DNA of 64,000 nucleotides from the human T2T-CHM13v2.0 reference genome, Homo sapiens: NCBI RefSeq assembly GCF_009914755.1, contig NC_060935.1, one strand, 5' to 3'. Below are positions 1 through 13,725 of this stretch, one piece after another. The position numbers were made by a program, and so were the translations under genes. The notes below the pieces were generated by a model. It did no database searches and was not told where the DNA came from. It was given only the letters and a program-made list of their open reading frames with translations. How positions within the stretch are numbered: the stretch's first letter is position 1; each line of letters opens with the position of its first letter.

Positions 1-24
1 GAGTGACTATGAGTTGCTGGTATG

Positions 25-762
<738 letters not shown>

Positions 763-1390
763 TGAGCCATCAAGCCTGGCCTTCTTCAACATTTTTTTAA
801 GCCCATATCTTAGTATGTTCTTCCACATTTTATCTCCCTAATACATTTTCAATTGTCTTGTCAAGTTTCTGTTAAAAAAAGATTGAAGTATTATATTGAA
901 ATTTTATTGAATATGCAGATTAATTTGGCAGAATTAATTTCATATTAGAGGTGAATGTAACAGGCTGTTCCTGCTAGTCTGAGTTGATTGTGTATACCTA
1001 GTGGGAAGATTCAGGCTATCGTCCCTTCTAAGTTTCAAGAATTGAAGGGAGGTCTGTGGTTCTCCAGCCAGTCCACCTATGACAGAATGCACAAGTTCTA
1101 TTCAAACAAAAGAGAGGGAAAAATGACCAGCTGGGGCCTGGTGTGGTGGCTCACTCCTGTAATCTCAGCACTTTGGGAAGCCAAGGTGGTGGATAACTTG
1201 AGTCCAGGAGTTTGAGACAAGCCTGGGCCACACAGTGAAACCCCATCTCTACAAAAAAAGCAAAAAATTAGCCAGGCTGCTCAGGAAGGCTGAGGTGGGA
1301 GGAACGATTGAGCCCAGGAAGCTGAGGTTGCGGTGAGCTGTGATCCCCCCAACTGCACTCTGGCCTGGGCAACAAAGCTAGACCCTCTCT

Positions 1391-1428
<38 letters not shown>

Positions 1429-1789
1429 ACTTGACCTTTCAAGATGCAATCTACAATACAGCTTTACTACCACAATGTAAATATTTTAAGCCCTGTTTGT
1501 TCCCTTATGCATATTCTCAATTGGCTCATAATTAGCATTTCTAATTATATTTTCTGAAATCACCAATATATTTTAGATAGCTGACTAAATTATGGAGCTC
1601 AATGGAGCAGAACAACATAAGCAGAATTGATCCTGAGCATTTTGAAGCATGCCTTGGAGACTAACAAAATAAAACAAAATTTAAAAGTGATAGGGGAAGT
1701 GGAGGCTAGTAAAAGGAGCAGCAAAATTTAGGTATTAATGTCGATGTGGGCCAGGAGCAGTGGCTCATGCCTATAATCCCAGCAGTTTA

Positions 1790-2023
<234 letters not shown>

Positions 2024-2457
2024 CTATCTCAAAAAAAAAAAAAAAAAAAAAGTTGATGTGACCTCATTGCCTAGACTTGTGAAGTCTTGCAGTATTTTGA
2101 TTTTATAAGTAATAAGTAGTTTACTAAGCAAAAGTATAGCACAATGCATCCTTTATACTATAACTATTAGATAGCTTTGGCACAGCAAAAATACTCTGAC
2201 AATTTACTTCAGATATGAATCAATTAAGAAATTGAATTTCATGTAAAAAGTAAATCTGTAAATTACATTACTAAAATCTTATTTTCAAATGGTTCATTTT
2301 TATCTTGTTAATTGTCTGAACTGAGCATATTTAAAAATAAGTTATGCCAGGCCCGGTGGCTCACGCCTGTAATCCGAGCCCTTTAGGAGTCTGAGGCAGG
2401 CAGATCACGAGGTCAGGAGTTCGAGACCAGCCTGACCAACATGGTGAAACCCCATTA

Positions 2458-2709
<252 letters not shown>

Positions 2710-3775
2710 CTAGTTAGATGAAGTCTCCCAAATGATAGCATTAATAAAAAGTGTCATAATTCTCCAACGGCTGCTCATTTTTGTTTCTTCTACTTAGTGC
2801 CACTTAGACAAGATAAATTGTTTGTCTTTTCTGGTATTTAAAAAGTGAACAGTTATGGATAATGAAACAAGTATCAGAAGTGTTGGTATATGTGTGTTGT
2901 GTACGTGTGTTTCTTTGAGGGTCTGTCTGAAATTCTCCTTAAGCCAAGTCAACCTGATCTCAGGTAGCTCTTGCCAGTGTAGTTAACTGATATTCCACTG
3001 GGGGTAGCTGTTGAAATAGAGTTTTGAACACCACCCATCCCAGCTGCTGCAAACCCAACCGTGGCCACTGAGGGGGCACCAAAGTGGGAGGTTAAGGAGC
3101 CTGGAGTTGAAAACCTCAGACTTGCATTCTTTCCAAGGAGAGTTTCCAGCGGCTGGAAAATCTATTTACTGACAGAGGAAAGGAGAGGGGTGAGCTTGAC
3201 TTAGTCACTGGAGCAAACAGGTCTAGAGGATAAGAAAACACATCCAGTAAAAACATCAGAAAACCTAGAACCATCTCAGGTTAACCACCTGCCCCATGTG
3301 AAGAGTCAGGGTACATTGTGGGAGCGAGTCCACAGTTGTAGACAGGGGCACAGAGGAACCAGGGTCGGAGGCAGCCACAGGAAAGGTGAAGTGAAGGTTC
3401 AGAAGTGAAGGGTCCACCTCACAGGACAAGAGAAGCATGCCCTGAGCATTTTGGTCTCTGTTTTCTTTGATTTTATTCTCTGAAACCATCCTTCAGGCAG
3501 GAAAAGCCTTGGATCACAATTTGGAAGACCTGCATCTAGTCCCAGTTACATCCATCAACAACACTAGCTAATACAGTGGAAGATAAACCGGCCCTAAGCA
3601 AATCCACAGGGTGCAAGTTGGTCAGCCCATCGGGTTGGTTAAAATATCCATTTGTGGCTGACTGTGGTGACTCCTGCCTATAATCCCAGCACTTTGGGAT
3701 GCTGAGGTGGGCAGACCACCTGAGGTCAGGGGTTTGAACCAGCCTGGCCAACGTGGCGAAACCCCATCTATGCTA

Positions 3776-3934
<159 letters not shown>

Positions 3935-5102
3935 TCAAAAAAAAAAAAAATCCATTTTTTCCGAAAACCATATACCTAAGCACTGTTTTTTTCAAGAATT
4001 GATAACTCTGGTGGTGCATAAGGATGTGGTTTTGCAATATTTAAAATTTTTAGACACTTTTGTTATTTTTCAGTATTTGGGGTTGTTATATAAATAGAAT
4101 AGTATAAGCCCCATATTATTTTATTTTTATTTTTATTTTGAGACAGGTTCTCGCTATGTCACCCAGGCTGGAGTGCAGTGGCACAATCTCGGCTTACTGC
4201 ATCCTCGACCTAATGGGCTTAAGTGATCCTCCCACCTCAGCCTCCTCAGTAGCTGAGACTACAGCATGCACCACCACGCCTGGCTAATTTTTGTGTTTTC
4301 TGTGGAGATGGGGTTTCACCATGTTGCCCAGGCTGGTCTTGAATTCCTGAACTCAAGTGATCCTCCCTTCTTGGCCTTCTAATGTGTTGGAATTACAGGC
4401 ATGAGCCACCATGACCAGCCAAGCCCCATATTATTTAATTCATCCTTGAATTAAATAATATATCATTATTTATAGAAAATATTTATAGCAAATATAATTG
4501 AGGCATAAGCTTTAGGCACTGGTTAACGATTGGTTAACAAACGAAGACTCTTGAAAGGGTAAGTGACTATACAAGAGTTAGAGAAGAATAGCTCCAAATT
4601 AGTCATTAAAATTTGTTCCCCAGAATTCTCAGTACCCCAGATAAACCCATGCTCTCCCTGGGTTCCCTGCCTCTTCTAGCAAGGATTAGGAGCATTCCCA
4701 AAAATCCTGTGGACTTGGGATAAAAGTGTCCCTCCCCAGCTTCTGCACTTACAACTACAGCAAAGAAGTCCGTTTACTTTTTTATTCTAAGTGAAACTTG
4801 GTTCCCTCCTGAAGTCACTGTTTTTTCTGCATCTCTCTCACAAGATGGCTGATGTACCACCGGGCCTACAGTTCGTGCATGGGTCCTCTTTGCTCCCACT
4901 GCCACTTCCAGATCATCCTCCCCATTCCCTAAAAACGCTCAGCTCTGAGTCTTGTGTCAGTCAGCTACTCATGCATTAACGCTCCTTTTCATTCATGTAA
5001 TGACTTCCCAGGTCATATGCCCTCATTCCTTAATGAATTTAGATCTTGACTCCAATATCATTCTCTCCAGCATTATTCCTGTGGTCATTCTTAGTGATTT
5101 CA

Positions 5103-5264
<162 letters not shown>

Positions 5265-5278
5265 TTATTAGTACCCTG

Positions 5279-5780
5279 GTGTTTTATTAAGGTTTCTCCT
5301 GAAAGCGAGTCTGAAACAAGGACCTGGGATAGAAGTGATTTCTTTGGGAGATAACCCAAGAGGCAGGAATGAGAAAGTAGGGAGAGTAAGATAAGGAAGG
5401 AGGAAAAGTGTGCCATCAAGGTCACCACCATGAACAAAGGGGACTCAGGTCCACTGAGATCTCTGGGAAGCATCCTGAGTGCCCCATAAAATTGTCCACC
5501 AATGGAACAGAGGTTGGGACACATATCCAGTGGCTGCTGACTCTCCTGGTTGGCAGTTGTCCCCAAAAGCATTGTCTTCCTTGTGCTTTGCTGCACTTGT
5601 CTGTGGACCTAGCAGGCTCCTGGACCTTCAGAGAAGACCTTGAGGTGAAAGCAGAAAGGAGAGGTGCTCTTTTCATGTGGGAAGGTATCAGGGACATCTG
5701 AGCTCACATAGAACGTTCATAGCCGCTGATGAAATCAGAAATAGGTCAAGAGGATGTGACTGAACACCGAAAGCGTCTGG
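5279..5780. mobile_element. Old ERVL-class LTR (LTR33/LTR41-like)
   Basis: Motif CTGA.ACAAGGA...G...AAGT..TTT.TTTGGGAG..A.CC.A recalled from ERVL LTR consensus; subfamily uncertain. Confidence 0.5.
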
Positions 5781-7076
5781 TATGCCTGGCTTCTCCATTC
5801 CTTAACCTCCACTTTTCTAATGATTCTGTTCTCCTGTTCTCCAACTCAACTACTCTCTCTCTCTCTCTCTCTCTTTTCTTTTAGACAGAGTCTCACTCTA
5901 TTTCCCAGTTAGTGGGTAATGGTGTGATCTCAGCTCACTGCAACCTCCACCTCCTGGTTTCAAGTGATTCTCATGCCTCAGCCTCCTGAGTAGCTGGGAT
6001 TACAGGTGTGCGCCACCATGCCCAGCTAATTTTTGTATTTTTAGTAGAGACGGGGTTTCACCATGATGGCCAGGCTGGTCTCCAACTCCTGGCCTCAAGT
6101 GATCTGCCCTCCTTGGCCTCCCAAAGTGCTGGGATTACAGGCGTGAGCCACCGCGCCCAGCCAACTACTCTCAATCTTGATCAGAGTGTAGCCTTTGTCA
6201 CTACCCATAATGCTCCCAATAACAACCTAAGCTCAATTTCATTCTCCAACTATCCCCTGCTATCTTTTCAGCCTAGTACCTCTTCCATCTTGACTCCAGC
6301 AATCCTTAGACTCCAATGTGAATGGACGGTACTTTGACCCTACTGTTTTTTCACTGTTCTTTGCCTCCTAATTCAGCTTAAATCCAAGGGTCGATCATCA
6401 TACTCACTCCCTTGTATATATGCTCAATGCCCTCCATCATTCTCTCTCGGCAAAACCCCAACTTTGGTTACATCCAATTCTACGCCTGCACCCGAGTGGC
6501 TGAATATGTCTTTTGAATCAAACAGGTCCTGCCACGTAGGAGCTGTGAGACCTTAGGCACATTACTTAACCCTGGTGAATGTTAATTTCCTTAGCTATGC
6601 TGAGAGACCTCAATTAAAATCTGGGATAACTAGTCTCAAGTTGGCACTTAGGGATGCCCAGGAATCATTATATATTTCTCTTTCCTCTTCCACCATCATA
6701 GATAACAATTTCCCATCTTCTCCTTTTCTCCTTTCTTCTTAAACCTCACAGCATCCTCACTATCAGCTCATGACCTGGCTTCCAACTTCAATTAGAGAAG
6801 AGAAGCAATCGGAAGAGAATCTTCACTTCCAAGAGCCTATCGACGGTCTCGTGTCTATCCTCCTAGTAGGTGTGACTGTCCATGGTGCTAGCCAAGGTGC
6901 ACCTCTCCCCATGTGTGCCCTAAGTGCCATCCTCTTGCCTTATCAAGAACATGGTTCTAGCACATTTTCTCCTTTCTATCCTTTCCATCATCATTTTTCC
7001 CCTTCTAAATGATGGATCATTCACATCAGCTACCTGACTCTTCCTCTTCTCAGGTGTGAAGTTTAAAAGATACTTA

Positions 7077-7313
<237 letters not shown>

Positions 7314-8009
7314 TCAAAAGAAACAAACAAAAAAAGATACTTAAGGTCTCCACAAGGAGGAATTAAATTCCTACATCAAATGTATTCATCTATGTAAAGT
7401 GCATAGAACTGTGTCTGACATATGGTAAGCATTATATGTTTTAGGTCTTATTATTACTACATTTACTGAGTGCTTACACGTGCAATACATTTTTTTCCTT
7501 TTTCTTTTTCTTTCTTTTTTTTTTTTTTGAGACAGAGTCCCGCCCTCTCACCCAGGCTGGAGTGCAGTGGTGCAATCTCGGCCCACTGCTCAACTCCCGG
7601 GTTCAAGCGATTCTCCTGCCTCAGCCTCCCCAGTAGCTGAGATTACAGGCACCCACCACCATGCCCAGCTAATTTTTGTATTTTTAGTAGAGACGGGGTT
7701 CCGTCATGTTGGCCAGGCTAGTCTCAAACTCCTGACCTCAGGTGATCTGCCCGCCTTGGCCTCCCAAAGTGCTGGGATTACAGGTGTGAGCCACTGTAAT
7801 ACATTACATTACAGATACAGACAAGGAAACTATGACTCAGCAGGGTTAAGTAATGTACCCAACGTCTCGTAGCTCATAAATGGCAGGATCTGTTTGGTTC
7901 TAAAGCACACATTCTTAAGTATTCTATGAGAAATTCTGGGCCACTGATGCACAAGAATTCTTGGCCACTGGTGTACAAGGAAAGTCACCTGGGATGCTTA
8001 GGGAAAAGG

Positions 8010-8135
8010 TAGATTTGGGGCCTCACTCCTGACCTGTAGAATCAGAATCTTCAGAGGGTAGAGCCTAGAAATCTGCTTTTAAAATAAGCACCCCAGGTTA
8101 TTTTGATGTAAATGATCAGCCACATTTGACAAACT
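8010..8135. mobile_element. MER5-type hAT fragment (second copy at about 33885-34022)
   Basis: AATCAGAATCT...GCCTAGAAATCTGCTTTTAA..AAGC.CCCCAGGT.ATT signature. Confidence 0.65.
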
Positions 8136-8274
8136 CCTTTATATATATTTTACTGCATACACAGAAAACAAATGAGAAGAATAAAACAAATGGCTAACAG
8201 TGGATATTTTAGGAGGTGGGAGAGAAAAGTTTATAGAGAACTTTCATTTTGTAAGGTATTATGGTTTAACATGA

Positions 8275-8481
<207 letters not shown>

Positions 8482-9837
8482 TAGTGGAGACAGGGTTTCT
8501 CCATTTTGGTCAGGCTGGTCTCGAACTCCCGACCTCAGGTGATCTGCCCACCTCAGCCTCCCAAAGTGCTGGGATTATAGATATGAGCCACTGTGCCCAG
8601 CCAGCAGGTGATTTTTAAAAAGATTTTAAATAAATAGAAGTAAAATTATCCCATTTTCTACTACTCACAAACACTGGTAACATTTTGAATATTTTTTCCA
8701 GTTTATCCACTATTCAGAGTAGGAAATAAAACTGTAGCTTTCTTTCTTTACAAAGTTGGAATTGTGGCACATATGTGGAATTTTGCATCCTATATTTTTA
8801 CCTATTATATTCTGAGCATTTTCCCATGTAATTAATCACATAAGAGGCTATGAAATATAAGAAGGAATGGTTGATTTTTATATATGTCTTATATAAATAT
8901 AAGAAGAAACATATGCTCATTTCTACTTGCCAACATAATTTCACGAAGCCCCTCTTACAACTTAAAAGCTTTGACTTTTAAGGTCAAAGGTGAGGTATGA
9001 TGGCTCACAGCTGTAATCCCAGCGCTTTAGGAGGCTGAGGTGGGAGGATTGCTTGAAGCCAGGAATTTGAGACCAGCCTGGCCAATATGGTAAAACCCCA
9101 TTTCTATACAAAAATTAGCCGGACTTGGTGGCTCACATCTGTAATTCCAGCTATTCAGGCCGCTGAGGCGTTGAGAATCGCTTGAACCTGGGAGGTGGGA
9201 GTTGCAGTGAGTGGAGATCATGCCACCTCACTCTATCCTGGGCGATAGAGCAAGACTCTGTCTCAAAAAGAAGAAGAAGAAAAGAAAGTGTGAAAAAAAA
9301 AGGCACAAATTTTTTTTTCAGTAATTTATACCATACTGCTGAGTGAAAACAAATATGTTAAAGAATATATGTAGTATACCATCATTTGTGGGGAGAGAAA
9401 AAATAATACATACATGAATGCTTATACATGCACAGAATGTCCTAGGCATTCACAAGAAACATAACTGTTGTCTATGAGAAGAAAGAATGGATGCCTGGGG
9501 GACTGTGGAGGAAGGCAGGCCTATTTTTTAAAAATTTTCCCCGAATATTTAATTATGAAAAATTTTAAACATATAGATGAGTTGGTTTTACACAGGGAAC
9601 CCTAGCATAGCCACCACCTAGACTCTACCATTAACATTTTACTATACTTGCCATATATATATATATACATACTTTTTTTTTTTTTTTGAGACAGAGTTTC
9701 ACTCTTGTTGTCCAGGCTGAAGTGCAGTGGCGCAATCTTGGCTCACTGCAACCTCTGCCTCCTGGGTTCAAGCTATTCTCCTGCCTCAGCCCCCTGAGTA
9801 GGTGGGATTATAGGTGCCCGCCACCACTCCCGGCTAA

Positions 9838-10038
<201 letters not shown>

Positions 10039-10821
10039 TAAATATAGATTCACTTACTCCTAAATTCTTCAGTATGGGTAGCATTAAACTTCAAATTTTG
10101 TTAACTATTTTCTCTTTGAATTAAATGCACATTTTTTAAAAATTTTATTATTTTTTATAGCGATAGCTACTTTGCACAGGCTGGTCTCGAACCCCTGGGC
10201 TCAAGTGATCTGCCTGCCTTCGCCTCCCAAAGTGCTGGGCTTACAGGATTGCACCACTGTGCTTGGCTGAAATGCATAAATCTTAAGGGTATACTGGCTG
10301 AGTTTTGACAAGTGCATACACCTGAATAACTGAAGTCCCTACCACAATATAGAACATTACATCACCCCAGAAAGTCGAAGGAAGACTACTTTTGATTGTA
10401 TTATTTTTAGCACCTTCTGAATTTTGTATTATGTGCCTGCGCTATTTTTAAGAAATAAATATTTAAGCATTTTAAATATTTAAACATTTTTATAACAGTG
10501 GGCCGATTCTAAATTGGATGAGAAAGAGTGAAAACAGGAGATGGCAGATAACAGGTGGGGTCAATGGAATGGAGAACTTATTGAAGTCAGAGTTGTAGCA
10601 GTGGTGTTTCCAGAACAAGTGAGTTAGGAAAATTGGAATGCTTCGGTTGACAGTAGGACGCTGAAATCAAGCTCTCAAAAGTTGTCTTAAGGTTCAGTTA
10701 AGCATAAGCAAAGGGTGGCTTGGGTAGATGGAGATTAGGATACTAGTTTCCTTTCCCTTCCTACGCTCTCAAGTGCACACTGTATTTTTTTGTTTGTAGT
10801 TTTTTTTTGTTTTTTTTTTGA

Positions 10822-11151
<330 letters not shown>

Positions 11152-11951
11152 TAAGTAATATTTGACTTGTGTAGCCATCCTTAACATTTGGCTACCTTAT
11201 TAGGCCATAAACTCCAAACGAGCAGGGGTCTTCTCTTTTATTTAATCCTGTATTTCCTGTGCCTAGTATATACAAGTGCTCAAACAAGTATTAACTACTT
11301 GATTGGATTCTTTAAGTAGGCCCATCCCTCTTCTCTTAGTCCAGAGCTCTTACTTATTTCTACGCATTATGGCCGTATGAAGGCTGTTTGTAAACCTGCA
11401 AAATACAATACCAGGTATCCTGCAGGTTCCACATGTAAATTATATTATCTCATTGGCCAGTGGTGTGTGGTCTGAAGGGGTAAAACCCGGAGGCTTATGG
11501 TTTAGGATCTTCTAGGATAATGTGCCTTCAGAAAATCGAAGATTAATATTCATTCTCTAAACAATCTTTTTTTTTTTTTTTCAAACTTTTTTGTAATGAC
11601 GAGGGTGTTGAACTGGCCTCAAGTGATCCTCCCCCTTCGGCCTCCCAAAGCACTGAACAATATTTTATCTAAGTGCCAAGCATTCCTGAATAGAAATATT
11701 AAGAGTCATCACGCTTGTGCAGTCAACACATATTTACTGGGCGCATTCTATGCACGAGTTATTGAAGACAGCTGTTGTAAGCATTTCAGGACAATGCACC
11801 TCCCTTAACACCGAGTCCGGGATTTGGGGCGGGGTGCCGGAAAACGCCAGGTCCCGCCAGCAGAGGGCACGGTCCCGGCCTCGCTGCAGCCTCGGGACCC
11901 ACCGAGGCTTCCAGGCTCCCACGCTCGCTCCCGAGCGCGTCCCCGCCCTCG

Positions 11952-11966
11952 CGTCACGTGACGTGG
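11952..11966. promoter_or_regulatory. Palindromic E-box/CLEAR element overlapping a UPRE-type motif
   Basis: CGTCACGTGACG is a perfect 12-bp palindrome containing GTCACGTGAC (USF/TFEB/TFE3 consensus); TGACGTGG lies at 11959-11966. Confidence 0.75.
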
Positions 11967-12077
11967 CCGCGGAACCTGAGCTGCGGGGCCTAAGCCGAGC
12001 TAAATTCGTTGCAGGTGGCCGCGGCGGGTGCAACCACAAAGGCTAATCCGAAGGAGTCGGGGAGGCTCGTGGAGTCG

Positions 12078-12185
12078 ATGCTTCCTCTTCCAAGTCAGGT
12101 CGGCTCCCGTTACCTTCTCAGCATTCGCCGTTCCGGTCTTCCTGAGCGCGTGCATGAGGTCTTTCGCGTGGGGAAGCTCCGGTGA
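12078..12185 (+). other. uORF1, 35 aa (MLPLPSQVGSRYLLSIRRSGLPERVHEVFRVGKLR)
   Basis: ATG at 12078 to TGA at 12183-12185; weak Kozak; requires a TSS upstream of 12078. Confidence 0.55.
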
Positions 12186-12187
12186 CC

Positions 12188-12193
12188 ATGTAG
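12188..12193 (+). other. Minimal start-stop uORF (ATG TAG), in frame with CUL5
   Basis: ACC ATG TAG, 198 nt (66 codons) upstream of the main ATG. Confidence 0.65.
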
Positions 12194-12359
12194 GGGACAA
12201 GAGTGAGGAAGCTCCTGGTGCTTGGGACGAGGTCAGCGCTGTCGGCGCGCTGCTCCAGCGCCCACCACACCCTGGTGCGGGCCGACGGGCCCTGGGCCCT
12301 GGTGGGAGCTCCGGCCTCCGGTCAAGGCCTGGCCGGGAGCGCCACGAATTCTCGCGTCG

Positions 12360-12369
12360 TCTCGCGAGA
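12360..12369. promoter_or_regulatory. CGCG element (BANP/ZBTB33-associated motif TCTCGCGAGA)
   Basis: Exact 10-bp palindromic consensus inside a CpG island; a partial copy TCTCGCG lies at 12350-12356. Confidence 0.75.
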
Positions 12370-12382
12370 GTCCAAGTTAAAG

Positions 12383-12391
12383 AACATGGCG
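12383..12391 (+). promoter_or_regulatory. YY1 motif overlapping the start codon
   Basis: AACATGGCG matches YY1 AANATGGCG, a known Kozak/YY1 overlap in housekeeping genes. Confidence 0.55.
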
Positions 12392-12409
12392 ACGTCTAAT
12401 CTGTTAAAG
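12386..12409 (+). CDS. CUL5: Cullin-5 coding exon 1 (MATSNLLK)
   Basis: ATG in strong Kozak context (AACATGG); encodes the recognisable CUL5 N-terminus; donor AAG|GTAAGA at 12410; phase 0. Confidence 0.98.
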
Positions 12410-13280
12410 GTAAGACCCTCACTCCAGCTTGGGTTTTACTGTGTGGCCGCCGGGTTCGGCTCTTTGGGAAAGGCACGGCTCAGGTTCAGCTGCGAAGTGT
12501 GGGAGTGTTCAGGGGTTGTCCACTGGCAGGGAAGCCGCGGTGGCAGCCGGCGAGTACCGGAACGCGGGTCTGTGGCCTTGGGGTCGACAGGCTCTGGTGG
12601 TCGCTCCCGCCGACTGGCCGCTGGGAGAAAAGCCTGGCTGAGCGCTGGCGAGGAGCGATGCTTTCAAGGGACCAGCTCTGGCCGGGAGCGGGAGATGAAT
12701 GGTCGTGCGGTGTCCTGACCAGCTGGGCCGTTAGTACTGTTAGGTCTCAGTTTCTTGTAAAGCAATGTCTAAGACGCATCAAAGGAAAAACCAAGAAAAT
12801 GCTGCCTAACAGGTTTCAGTGACTCGACCCCCCACTTCTTCCATTTCTGTTCTCGTTCTGTCTGCACGAAATTCCGAGTCAGACCAGCAGTGCCTCCCAC
12901 TCCACCCCCCTTCCTCCCTTTTCTGCGTGTTACACCTTCCCTCCTAATTCTCCCATTCTTGAGTTCATCTTTTTCCTTAGGAAACTGCTTTCTAACCCCC
13001 ACCCAGTTACAGGACACAACCAGATGACAACTGATGAAGCGATACCATCGTTTTAGGGCGCAGGAAAGTTACCTTGTCAAAGACAGTATTTAAAGTTAGT
13101 TTTATATAGCAAGGGAGATCTAGGCCCACAGGGGCAGATTCTCCACCAGTTAAAAAGTTTGGAGAAGAATGAGGAAGACTTAGAACTAGTTTGTTCTGTG
13201 TATGTGTCTGTAGTAGTTAATCATTTGCCTTAAAAGTACGGACAGAAATGGGGGTAGTGAATAGCTCAGGGAACATAATA

Positions 13281-13321
13281 TTAATGGCAAAAACCGCAGT
13301 CACTTTTGCACCAGCCTAATA
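13281..13321. mobile_element. MADE1/Hsmar1 mariner solo terminal inverted repeat
   Basis: AATGGCAAAAACCGCAGTCACTTTTGCACCAGCCTAA-TA matches the Hsmar1 TIR with its TA target. Confidence 0.85.
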
Positions 13322-13494
13322 CAAAGGATGAACCACTTCTTCCTGAGGCCTCTCATGCCTTCAGGCAATGTGGATGAATACTAGAAAATAATAGAAAATA
13401 TACAGGAACCTAACCATCATGTCTTCTTTAGACCACTGATATTTGATTGTCTAATAGATGGGACTGTCTCATAAAATGAAGAACAAATTTTACT

Positions 13495-13725
13495 AAGAGG
13501 CAGTACTGTATATCACCTTTTAAAAGGGAGAGGGGCCCTAGAATTAGACTCCCTGAATAGCCACCACTTAAAAGCTGTATGACTTTGGGCAAGTTTCCTT
13601 ATGAGTAGGACAGCATTATCAGTAGCGCCTGTATCATAGGAACATTGTGAAGATTAAATTAGTTAATATATCTATAATGCTTAAAACAGTGCCTGGCACT
13701 TAATTAGTATAATACAATAAATTAC
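13495..13725 (+). mobile_element. MIR SINE
   Basis: CTGT.TGACTTTGGGCAAGT...TTGTGAAGATTAAAT...GCTTA.AACAGTGCCTGGCAC core. Other MIRs lie at about 21852-21987, 27180-27590, 46620-47110, 54320-54590 and 62475-62990. Confidence 0.75.

Larger units (their letters stand above)
12154..12399 (+). other. Overlapping uORF, 81 aa, out of frame across the CUL5 ATG
   Basis: ATG at 12154 lies in the frame of ORF-track 12028..12399; stop TAA at 12397-12399 is inside the exon 1 CDS. Confidence 0.55.
11810..12720. promoter_or_regulatory. CUL5: CpG island promoter and 5' UTR of CUL5
   Basis: Sharp rise in GC and CpG density around exon 1; no TATA box seen; GC boxes at 11826-11834 (GGGGCGGGG) and 11941-11948 (CCCCGCCC); ETS-like CCGGAA at 11837-11842. 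The TSS cannot be fixed from sequence alone. Confidence 0.93.

Noticed and set aside
3062-3080. CTCF-like site TGGCCACTGAGGGGGCACC
   Set aside because: An extra base breaks the spacing of the CCASYAGRKGGCR core, so it is unsupported without ChIP data.
11717-12200. Overlapping sense and antisense ORFs in the promoter
   Set aside because: These are expected stop-poor frames in GC-rich DNA, mostly with non-ATG starts and no recognisable homology.
12203-12718. 171-aa ORF as an independent gene
   Set aside because: It is the CUL5 frame running through the exon 1 donor into GC-rich intron 1. Only the upstream part is kept, as a possible extension.
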